Shown piece after piece: positions 36,170 through 43,547 of a stretch of 64,000 nucleotides of DNA. The stretch comes from Actinomycetota bacterium (GTDB lineage: Bacteria; Actinomycetota; Thermoleophilia; Miltoncostaeales; Miltoncostaeaceae): assembly GCA_016870155.1 (NCBI GenBank), contig VGCE01000003.1, forward strand, positions 54,055 to 118,054. Direction: 5' to 3'. Each line of letters begins with the position of its first letter. Within the stretch, counting starts at the first letter, position 1. Position numbers and translations under genes: made by a program. Below the pieces are notes generated by a model, which saw nothing but the letters and a program-made list of their open reading frames with translations, was not told the DNA's origin and searched no databases.

Positions 36170-37269
36170 CAGAGGTCGAGCATGCGGTCGAGGGCCAGGC
36201 GCGCCTCGGCGGCCATGTCCTCGTCCACGCTCACCACGTTCATCACCTCACCGGCCGCCAGGTTCTCGAGCGTCCACGTGAGCTTCGGAAGCGTGATGCG
36301 GTTCATCGTCACGCACGGGCACAGGTCCTCCTTGAGGCAGAAGACCGTCTTGTCCGGGTGGTTGATGCGCAGGCGGTCCACCAGGTTCCAGTCGGTGCCG
36401 ATGGCCACCGTCGATCCCGCCGGCAGCTCGTCGAGGCGCCGGATGATGTACTCGGTGCTGCCATCCTCGTCGGCGGCCTCCACCACCGCGCGCGGGCACT
36501 CGGGGTGCACGATCACCGTCACGTCCGGGTGGGCGGCGCGGGCCTCGTCGACCTGCCGCACCGTGAATCCCGTGTGGACGTTGCAGAAGCCCTTCCACAG
36601 CACGATCTCCGACGCCGCGAGGGCGTCGGGCGCGACTCCGCCGAGATGGGCCTGGCGCGGGTCCCACACCACCGGGTCGGTCGGCTGCATGCCCAGCAGG
36701 CACGCGGTGTTGCGGCCCAGGTGCTCGTCGGGGAAGAAGAACACCATGTCGCCCCGCTCGCGGGCCCAGCGGAACGCCCGCTCGGCGTTGCCCGACGTGC
36801 AGACCGCTCCGCCGTTGCGCCCCACGAAGGCCTTCAGGTCGGCGCCGGAGTTCATGTAGGTGAGCGGCACGATGGTGCGGTCGGGGAACTGCGCGGTGAT
36901 CTGCCCCCAGGCGTCGTTCACCGTGAAGATGTCCGCGCACTCGGCCAGGTGGCACCCCGCGCCCAGGTCGGGGAGCACCACCCGCTGGTGCGGCTGGCTG
37001 AGGATGTCCGCGGCCTCGGCCATGAAGTACACGCCGAGGAACACCATCACATCGGCCTGGGTGGCCTCCGCGCCGCGGCGGGCGAGCAGGAACGAATCGC
37101 CCGTGATGTCGGCGAACCGGATGACCTCATGCTTCTGGTAGTGATGACCGAGTATCACCAGGCGATCGCCCAGTGCCTCCCGTGCCGCCGCCGCGCGGGC
37201 GATCAGTTCCGCCTCGGGGACCGTCCCCTCTGGCGCGGGAATGGCGCAGGTGGGGGCGATCGTGGTCAC
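36169..37269 (-). CDS. nadA: Quinolinate synthase
   Basis: ILGHHYQ, GDSFLLAR, VYFMAEAA and VHPECP motifs. GTGA overlap with nadB. Confidence 0.92.
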   Translation of the reverse strand: MTTIAPTCAIPAPEGTVPEAELIARAAAAREALGDRLVILGHHYQKHEVIRFADITGDSFLLARRGAEATQADVMVFLGVYFMAEAADILSQPHQRVVLPDLGAGCHLAECADIFTVNDAWGQITAQFPDRTIVPLTYMNSGADLKAFVGRNGGAVCTSGNAERAFRWARERGDMVFFFPDEHLGRNTACLLGMQPTDPVVWDPRQAHLGGVAPDALAASEIVLWKGFCNVHTGFTVRQVDEARAAHPDVTVIVHPECPRAVVEAADEDGSTEYIIRRLDELPAGSTVAIGTDWNLVDRLRINHPDKTVFCLKEDLCPCVTMNRITLPKLTWTLENLAAGEVMNVVSVDEDMAAEARLALDRMLDL

Positions 37270-38822
37270 GCTACCTCCGTGAGGTCGATGGACGGCATGG
37301 CCGTCGGGGTGTCAGCGGCCCAGCAGGTGCGGTGCGCCTGCGAGGGGTCCGGCTCGGGGAAGTCGGTACGGAAGTGGGCGCCGCGGCTTTCCTCGCGCGC
37401 GAGCGCGGCGAGGGCGGTGACGCGGGCGATGTCGAGCAGCCCGGCGGCCTGCGCGTCGGCGGGGCGGGGGAGGGCATCGAGGGCGGCGACGGCGTCGCCG
37501 AGGCCCTGCGCGTCGCGCTCCAGGCCGCAGCCCTGCCACATGATGCGCCCCACGGCCTCATTCACCGCCGCGCCGTCGGCGTCGCCGGCCAAAAACGCCC
37601 GGGGCTCGGTACGCGGACCGGGCGCCGGGGTCCCGCCGCCCGCTGCGACGTCGTCCGCCGCGCGTCGACCGAGTGCGGCGGCTTCGAGCAGCCCGTTCGA
37701 TGCCAGGCGGTTGGCCCCGTGAAGCCCCGTGCAGGCGCACTCGCCCACGGCCCAGAGCCCGGGCACGGTGGTGCGGCCGCGAAGGTCGGTGAGCACTCCA
37801 CCCATCGCGTAGTGCGCGGCCGGGGTGACCGGCACGGGGTCGCGGGCCAGGTCGATGCCGTAGGCGGCGCAGAGCGCGGCCACCTCGGGGAACCGCGCGC
37901 GCACGCGGTCGGGGTCGAGGTGCGCGAGGCTCATCACCACATCGTGCCCGGTGTCGTGCGCGCGGCGGAACACCGCCCGCGCCACCACGTCGCGCGGCCC
38001 GAGGTCGCCCATGGGGTGCACGCCCGCCATCACGGGCTCGCCGTGGCAGTCGTAGAGCATGCCGCCCGCTCCGCGCACGGCCTCGCTCACCAAGGCCAGC
38101 GGGCTCGCTCCGGCGGCCAGCGCCGTGGGATGGAATTGCACCATCTCCATGTCGGCCAGCGCCGCGCCGGCGCGCCGCGCGAGCGCCGGTCCATCCGCCG
38201 TGGCGCCCATGGGGTTGGTCGTGCGCGCGAAGAGGTGACCCGACCCGCCCGTGGCAAGCAGCACCGCGGAGGCGTCAATCACGTGCCCGCCCGCCAGCAG
38301 CACACCATGCACGCCGTGGTCGTCCACGCGCAGGTCGTCCACCCGCCGGTGCTCCATCACCGTGATGCGCTCATTGCGGCGCACGCGAAGCGTGAGGGCG
38401 TCGATCACGTGCCGCCCGGTGGCATCGCCACCTGCGTGCGCGACACGCGGCAGGGAGTGGGCGCCCTCACGTGCCAGCGCGATTCGGCCGTGATCGATGT
38501 CGAAGCCCACGCCGAGTGCGGCGAGGTCGGCGATCACCCCGGGGGCGTCCGCGCACAGCGCGCTCGCCGCGACGGAGTCGCCCAGGCCCGCGGCCGCATG
38601 GATGGTGTCGTCCGCGTGGGCGTGCACCGTGTCGCCGGGGCCGAGGGCCGCGGCGATGCCGCCCTGCGCCCAGCTGGTGCTGCCCTCGCCGAGGGTGCCC
38701 TTGGTGATGATGACCACATCACGCCCGGCGGCGATGCGCACCGCGGCGGAGAGACCGGCGAGGCCGGATCCCACGACCACGATCGGGGTGCTGCGGGTGG
38801 TTTTACGTCGAATTGACGTCAT
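37266..38822 (-). CDS. nadB: L-aspartate oxidase
   Basis: VVVGSGLAGLSAA (FAD fold), STSWAQGGIAAAL, a HPTAL-like motif (FHPTAL) and RLASNGLLE. Confidence 0.92.
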   Translation of the reverse strand: MTSIRRKTTRSTPIVVVGSGLAGLSAAVRIAAGRDVVIITKGTLGEGSTSWAQGGIAAALGPGDTVHAHADDTIHAAAGLGDSVAASALCADAPGVIADLAALGVGFDIDHGRIALAREGAHSLPRVAHAGGDATGRHVIDALTLRVRRNERITVMEHRRVDDLRVDDHGVHGVLLAGGHVIDASAVLLATGGSGHLFARTTNPMGATADGPALARRAGAALADMEMVQFHPTALAAGASPLALVSEAVRGAGGMLYDCHGEPVMAGVHPMGDLGPRDVVARAVFRRAHDTGHDVVMSLAHLDPDRVRARFPEVAALCAAYGIDLARDPVPVTPAAHYAMGGVLTDLRGRTTVPGLWAVGECACTGLHGANRLASNGLLEAAALGRRAADDVAAGGGTPAPGPRTEPRAFLAGDADGAAVNEAVGRIMWQGCGLERDAQGLGDAVAALDALPRPADAQAAGLLDIARVTALAALAREESRGAHFRTDFPEPDPSQAHRTCWAADTPTAMPSIDLTEVA

Positions 38823-38843
38823 TTCGCCTTCGATTTTACGTCA
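38801..38843. promoter_or_regulatory. AT-rich repeated element over the nadB start: TTTTACGTC (x2) flanking TGACGTCA. Candidate NAD-regulon operator/promoter
   Basis: On the + strand, TTTTACGTC is at 38801-38809 and 38834-38842 and TGACGTCA is at 38814-38821. The nadB ATG is at 38822-38820 (minus strand). The minus-strand TAAAAT hexamer is at 38838-38833. Confidence 0.45.
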
Positions 38844-38894
38844 GACGGACGGATGCGCAAGCGCCTGTGGCGGGATCAGGCGCCCCGAACGCGA

Positions 38895-38919
38895 CGGGGG
38901 CGGCACATGGCCGCCCCCG
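38895..38919 (-). terminator. GC-rich hairpin downstream of the 69-aa gene
   Basis: CGGGGGCGGC-acatg-GCCGCCCCCG forms a 10-bp stem with a 5-nt loop. There is no U-tract, so it may be a terminator or stabiliser. Confidence 0.45.
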
Positions 38920-38947
38920 GGCATCATCTGCAAGCGCGATACCATCC

Positions 38948-39157
38948 CTAGACCAGCGCGGACCCCTCCACGCGCCGGGCGCGACCGATGGCGGCCTGCA
39001 GGCGGTCCCACGCGCGCTCCTCGGCGGCCATGTAGTCGTCCATGCTCGAGAACACCGCGGCGCCGCGCGATACGGCCAGGTAGTCCGAGACGGCGCGCTG
39101 GCGCAGCCGGTCGAGCGCCGTGGTCGGAACCGTGGTCTCATCGGTGATGGCGGTCAT
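38948..39157 (-). CDS. Hypothetical small protein (69 aa)
   Basis: The ORF has a GAGGAGA SD about 6 nt upstream of the ATG and is followed by a strong hairpin. No recognisable motif. Confidence 0.5.
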   Translation of the reverse strand: MTAITDETTVPTTALDRLRQRAVSDYLAVSRGAAVFSSMDDYMAAEERAWDRLQAAIGRARRVEGSALV

Positions 39158-39280
39158 CTCGTCTCCTCGGGATAGTCCGTGGCGGTCGCGGCAGTAAGGC
39201 AGAAGCTGGACAATGATGCAAGGGGAACTGTCAAGGTTCGTTGATGTTTTGGCCGAGGTGACAAAAGCCTTGTTCCTCCC

Positions 39281-39466
39281 CTAACCCGCCGGGGGGCGCT
39301 TGGATTCGTCGGCGTCGGCATTTCGCGGGCGGCCTCTTTTGCAGCGCTCCGAGCAGTAGCGCACGTCATCCCAGTTATCGGCCCACTTGCGGCGCCATGC
39401 GAAGGGGCGGCCGCAGGTGGCGCACAACTTGGTGGGAAGGTCGCCCTTGCGTCGCATGCGGCCCAC
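39281..39466 (-). CDS. DUF2256-family zinc-ribbon protein
   Basis: KLCATCGRPFAWRRKWADNWDDVRYCSERCKR matches the DUF2256 signature as I recall it. Confidence 0.78.
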   Translation of the reverse strand: MGRMRRKGDLPTKLCATCGRPFAWRRKWADNWDDVRYCSERCKRGRPRNADADESKRPPAG

Positions 39467-39469
39467 GGT

Positions 39470-40045
39470 TCAGCCCGCCACGCCGGCGGAGTGACGCCTG
39501 TCCGGCGAGAGCAGCTCGCGCGCGATGTCGTGGCGGTCCCAGAGGATCACCCCGGTGCTGCCGGCCAGCTCGATGGCGGCGGGGGTGAAGGTGCTGTTGG
39601 TCACCACCATGGCCCCGTCGGTGTCGTAGTGCATGCGGGCGGCCGCGACCTGCTGCACGGCCGCCACGCCCACCGGACGCGCCTGGCGCTTGGCCTGCAC
39701 CACAACCTCATCCGGGGCGCCATGCCCCAGCAGCAGGTCGGCCCCGAAGTCGCCGGTCGCGCGGGTGTGGCGCACGCGCCAGCCCGCCGCGCGGAAGAGG
39801 ATCGCCAGCCAGTCCTCGAACTCCTCGCCGGTCATGCGGTCGGCGGCGTCGAGACCGCGCCGCCGCGCGAGGCCGTCGCGGCCCCGCCGCGACCAGCTGC
39901 CGATGGCAAGCGCCAGGGTGACGGCGCCGCCCACCACCACCGCCACCACGGCGGGGGCGAACAACGCGAGCACCACCACCAGCACGCCGCCGGCGATCAG
40001 CCAGGTGACCATCTCCATGCCGAGCCAGCGCGCCATTCGACCCAT
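39470..40045 (-). CDS. Membrane-anchored restriction-endonuclease-like (Mrr_cat) domain protein
   Basis: Two N-terminal TM segments, then EEFEDWLAILFRAAGW.V..T...GDFGADLL........VVQAKR (PD-(D/E)xK pattern as in the Mrr N-terminal catalytic domain). Only the 3' 191 codons of the 1011-aa ORF are used. Confidence 0.72.
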   Translation of the reverse strand: MGRMARWLGMEMVTWLIAGGVLVVVLALFAPAVVAVVVGGAVTLALAIGSWSRRGRDGLARRRGLDAADRMTGEEFEDWLAILFRAAGWRVRHTRATGDFGADLLLGHGAPDEVVVQAKRQARPVGVAAVQQVAAARMHYDTDGAMVVTNSTFTPAAIELAGSTGVILWDRHDIARELLSPDRRHSAGVAG

Positions 40046-40106
40046 TGCCAGATGTTCGCGCACGCCGCGGCATGACCTGCTGCCCGGTGCGTCTAGCGTT
40101 CGGCGC

Positions 40107-40595
40107 GTGGAGGTGACCCGCATACGCGATGGCCTGTGGCGGTGGTCGGTGCGCCGGGGTGGCGCCGAGTTGGCCTCGGCGTACCTCGAGCACGGCGACG
40201 CCATGCTCCTGGTCGACCCCGTGCTGCCCCCGCCGGGGGGCGGCCTGACGCGGTTCGAGCGCGCCATCGCGCGCGACCTCGCGCGGCTCGATGGCCCGGC
40301 CGTGGTGATGCTCACGCGTGCTGACGACCCGCGCGATGCCGACGGCCTCATGGCCATGACCGGGGCCATGCGGTGGGTGCCCGACGATCCGCCCCCCAGC
40401 GGCATCGAGGTGATTCCCATGGGGCATGGGGACGAGGTGGCCATCTGGTCGCAGCCGCACCGGGCGCTCATGCCGGGGCGGGCGCTGGCGGTGCAGGGCG
40501 GAGCGCTGGTGCCGGCACCGGGGGTGGACCCCTCGCCGCTGCTCGCGCGTGCGCCCGAGGTGGTGATCCCATCCGTGGGGCCCATGTCCTCCTGA
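40107..40595 (+). CDS. Hypothetical protein, degenerate MBL-fold-like
   Basis: The DGLWRW...SAYLEHGDAMLLVDPVLPP...PAVVMLTRADDPRDA layout resembles actinobacterial MBL-fold proteins, but the His motif is absent. GTG start at 40107. The stop is 2 nt before the next gene. Confidence 0.4.
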   Translation: MEVTRIRDGLWRWSVRRGGAELASAYLEHGDAMLLVDPVLPPPGGGLTRFERAIARDLARLDGPAVVMLTRADDPRDADGLMAMTGAMRWVPDDPPPSGIEVIPMGHGDEVAIWSQPHRALMPGRALAVQGGALVPAPGVDPSPLLARAPEVVIPSVGPMSS

Positions 40596-40597
40596 CC

Positions 40598-41542
40598 ATG
40601 CGCGAGTCGGTACGGTTCGGGTCCATGCCCGACCCCGCGCCCCTGCTGGCCGAGATGGCCGCGCTCGCCGATGCGCACCCCGACGCCCTGCGGGCTTCCG
40701 TGCGCGCGTTCGACATCGGGGGCGTGCCGTTCGACGCCGACCGGCGCCCCGCCATCATGGGCGTGGTCAACCTGTCGCGCGACTCCTGGTACCGGGAGTC
40801 GGTGTCGCCATCCCCCGCGGCGGCGATCGAGAGAGGTCGCGTGCTGGCGGCCCAGGGCGCGGCGATCATCGACATCGGTGCGGAGTCGACGATCCCCGGC
40901 GCCGAGCGGGTGTCGCCCGAGGACCAGCTGGCGGGCGTGCTGCCGGTCGTCACCGCCCTGCGCGATGACGGCATCGTCACCTCGGTGGAGACCTACTCGC
41001 CCGATGTGGCGCGGGTGGCGCTTGCCGCGGGCGCGGGGGTGCTCAACCTCACGGGCGTGGAGCGCGAGGACGAGATGTACGCGGCAGCGGCCGAGCACGA
41101 CGCCGCCGTGATCATGTGCTTCGTGCAGGGCGCGAACGTGCGCGAGGTGCAGGACCTGGTGCTGGGCGACGATCCGATTCCGGGCCTCATCGAGCACTTC
41201 GGCCCGCGCGTGGAGCGCGCCGAGCAGCTCGGGGTGACGCGGCTGTTCGTCGATCCCGGCCTGGGCTTCTACTACGGCAACCTGCTCGACGGCCAGGCCC
41301 GCGTGCGCCACCAGGCCCGGGTGTTCCTCAACACCTTCCGCCTGCGCGTGCTGGGCTGGCCGGTGTGCCACGCGCTGCCGCATGCCTTTGACTTCTTCCG
41401 CGAGGAGGTCCGCACGGCGGAGCCGTTCTTCGCGGTGCTCGCCGCGATGGGTCGCACTGGGCTTTTCCGCACGCACGAGGTGCCGCGCGTGCGCGCGGTG
41501 CTCGAAACCCTCGAGGCCATCGACCCGATCGGCCCGGCGTGA
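40598..41542 (+). CDS. Divergent pterin-binding (dihydropteroate synthase-like) domain protein
   Basis: IMGVVNLSRDSW, AAIIDIGAESTIPGA, TSVETYSPDVARVAL.AGA and LFVDPGLGF parallel DHPS motifs (GILNVTPDSF, DIGGESTRPGA, SVDT, DPGIGF). Several canonical residues are replaced. Confidence 0.7.
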   Translation: MRESVRFGSMPDPAPLLAEMAALADAHPDALRASVRAFDIGGVPFDADRRPAIMGVVNLSRDSWYRESVSPSPAAAIERGRVLAAQGAAIIDIGAESTIPGAERVSPEDQLAGVLPVVTALRDDGIVTSVETYSPDVARVALAAGAGVLNLTGVEREDEMYAAAAEHDAAVIMCFVQGANVREVQDLVLGDDPIPGLIEHFGPRVERAEQLGVTRLFVDPGLGFYYGNLLDGQARVRHQARVFLNTFRLRVLGWPVCHALPHAFDFFREEVRTAEPFFAVLAAMGRTGLFRTHEVPRVRAVLETLEAIDPIGPA

Positions 41543-41558
41543 TGGCCAGGCGCGGGCG

Positions 41559-42574
41559 ATGAAGACGGGATCCCGCGGCGAGCAGGTGATCGCCCGCCTC
41601 GACGCCCGGCCCTCACGGTGCCGGTTATCGCCTTCTCGATCGGCAGCGTGATCGCCGCGCTCTTGTAGGACCTCTCCTGGCTCCGCATCGGTCGGTTCAT
41701 CGCCGGCATGGGCATCGGCGCCGAGATATCCGCGGCCGCCGCCTACATCGGCGAGATCAGCCCGTCGCGCCTGCGGGGCAGGGCGGGTGGGCTGGCGGCT
41801 GCGTGGGGCTACGTGGGCTTCGCCGTGGTGCCGTTCGTGTCGATGGCGCTCGTGCCGGCGTTCTCGTGGGGCTGGCGCGTGCTGTTCCTCATCGGGGCCG
41901 TGGGAGGCCTCGTGGTGCTTCCGCTGCGCCTGCACCTGCCGAGCTCCCCGCGCTGGCCGGTGGCGGTGGGGCGCGTGGACGATGCCGTTCAGATCGTGAC
42001 GGCCGCCGAGACGCGGGCGCGCGAGAAGCCCAGCCGCCTGCGCGTGACTCAGGTGCCCATCGATCGCCCTCCGCCGGTGCGCAAGTCGCACGACTTCGCG
42101 GTGTTCGCCGTGCTGTTCGTGGCCGTGTGGTTCGCGTACGACATCGGCAACTACGGCCGGCTCACGCTCGCGCCGACGCTGCTCACCGACCAGGGGTTCT
42201 CGCTCACCACCAGCATCGCGTTCCTGTCGGCCACCGGCATCGGCTTCGTGGTGGGTGCCTTCACGGCGGTCGGGGTGGCCGAGCGCATCGAGAGGAAGAT
42301 CTCCATCATCGCGGGCCTGGTGGTGTGGGCGGCGGCGCTCACCACCATCGGGCTCATCCCGTCGGGCGGCGTGATCATGGCCCTGGGCTTCGTGGCCTCG
42401 GCCACCATCGGCTTCGCGGTGCCCATCATGTGCGTGTACACCGGCGAGCACTTCCACCCGGCCCGGCGCGCCCGTGGGGTGTCCATCGCCGACGGCACCG
42501 GCCACATCGGCGGCGCCATCGCCCCGGTGCCCGTGATGTTCGGGCGCCGGTTGAACGGCACCCCGGCCGACTAG
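41559..42574 (+). pseudogene. Decayed MFS transporter gene (frame break/deletion near the 5' end, in-frame TAG at 41666-41668, short 3' end)
   Basis: An MFS-like start (MKTGSRGEQVIARLDARPS) is in one frame. TM-like LTVPVIAFSIGSVIAALL-stop-DLSWLRIGRFIAGMGIGAEISAAAAYIGEISPSRLRG is in another frame. The last TM helices appear to be missing. Confidence 0.6.
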
Positions 42575-43521
42575 GCGGCGGCGCCCACGGCCACGCCCTC
42601 CTCGGCGCTGGGCGACACATGGGCGGTCACGCGGTCGAGGCCCGCGGAGCGCATGATGTGCTCAAGGCTTGCGGGGTCGTGCCGGAATGACTCAAGCACA
42701 CGCACGGGTCGCCCGGCGCGCATCGACACCGTCACGCCATGCACCTCGGCCACCATCATCCGCGTGGGAGTCACCTCGCCGACGATCGCGAGGCCGTCCG
42801 GGGCCTCATGCCAGCGGAATGCGATGTCGCCCGAGCCCCCGAGGCCGATGTCCTCGAGCACCGCGGCCAGCCACTCGCGCGTGGGCGGGTTGTCGTACTG
42901 CGCCATCACCTCATCGCGCGCGCCGGGGCGGTCGGGCAGAAGGTTGGCGCTCACCATGAGCACGTCCCCGGGGGCGAGCAGCGAGACCGCCGGCGCCACG
43001 GCCCCGGGGCCCAGCGTGGACACCACCCCGAACAGGGTGACGAGCCGCGTGCCGGGGCGGCGCGGTGCGAGGATGGGGGAGAGGTCGTGGGCAGCGGTGA
43101 TGTCCACGGCCACCGCGTCGGCCACGCCGGTGCCCGGCACCGCACCCATGGCTTCGGCCGCCGCGGTGACGAGCGGAACGCTCACGTCCACGGCCGTGGC
43201 GCGCACGTCGCGGTGCCCTGCCGACACCAACGCCCCCAGCAGGCGCCGCTCCTTCACGCCGTCGCCGCACGCCACGCCGATCACGTGCACCGGGCCACCG
43301 GGCAGCAGCGCCAGCGCGGCGCGCGCGGCGGCGTCGTAGGCCATCAGGCCGTCATCGGCCTGCGCGGGCGAGTGGGCAGAGGCCAGCGCGCGCCACATGG
43401 CGGCCGAGCGTTCTCCCACATAGTGGAAGCGGTTGTCCACGTGGCCGGCCTCGAGCACGGCCAGCATTCCTGCGCGGTGGGCGGCGGGGGAGACGCTCTG
43501 GTCGATGCGCACGTCGGGCAT
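42571..43521 (-). CDS. EgtD-like (Methyltransf_33-type) SAM-dependent methyltransferase family protein
   Basis: The order of blocks parallels the EgtD-family layout: FHYVGERSAAMW, VIGVACGDGVKERRLL, VDVS, TLFGVVSTLGP, LMVSANLL...QYDNPPTREW, FRW.E and VLESFRHDPASL. Assignment is by eye only. Confidence 0.55.
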   Translation of the reverse strand: MPDVRIDQSVSPAAHRAGMLAVLEAGHVDNRFHYVGERSAAMWRALASAHSPAQADDGLMAYDAAARAALALLPGGPVHVIGVACGDGVKERRLLGALVSAGHRDVRATAVDVSVPLVTAAAEAMGAVPGTGVADAVAVDITAAHDLSPILAPRRPGTRLVTLFGVVSTLGPGAVAPAVSLLAPGDVLMVSANLLPDRPGARDEVMAQYDNPPTREWLAAVLEDIGLGGSGDIAFRWHEAPDGLAIVGEVTPTRMMVAEVHGVTVSMRAGRPVRVLESFRHDPASLEHIMRSAGLDRVTAHVSPSAEEGVAVGAAA

Positions 43522-43547
43522 GGCCCGATGCTACGGCCTCGCGGCAG

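Noticed and set aside
38823-38947. A NAD+ (nadA-motif) riboswitch or other structured leader upstream of nadB.
   Set aside because: The region is mostly occupied by the terminator hairpin of the upstream gene. The AT-rich promoter-like hexamer lies only 10 nt from the ATG. That leaves too little leader for a riboswitch, and no nadA-motif-like tandem bulged stems were seen.
40046-42505. The upstream 820 codons of the 1011-aa minus-strand ORF 39470-42505. Similarly the upstream parts of 12253-15069, 43548-46310, 7715-9757, 4843-6903 and 18947-20572.
   Set aside because: Only the 3' portions have recognisable domains, signal or TM sequences and sensible starts. The 5' extensions run antisense through well-supported genes.
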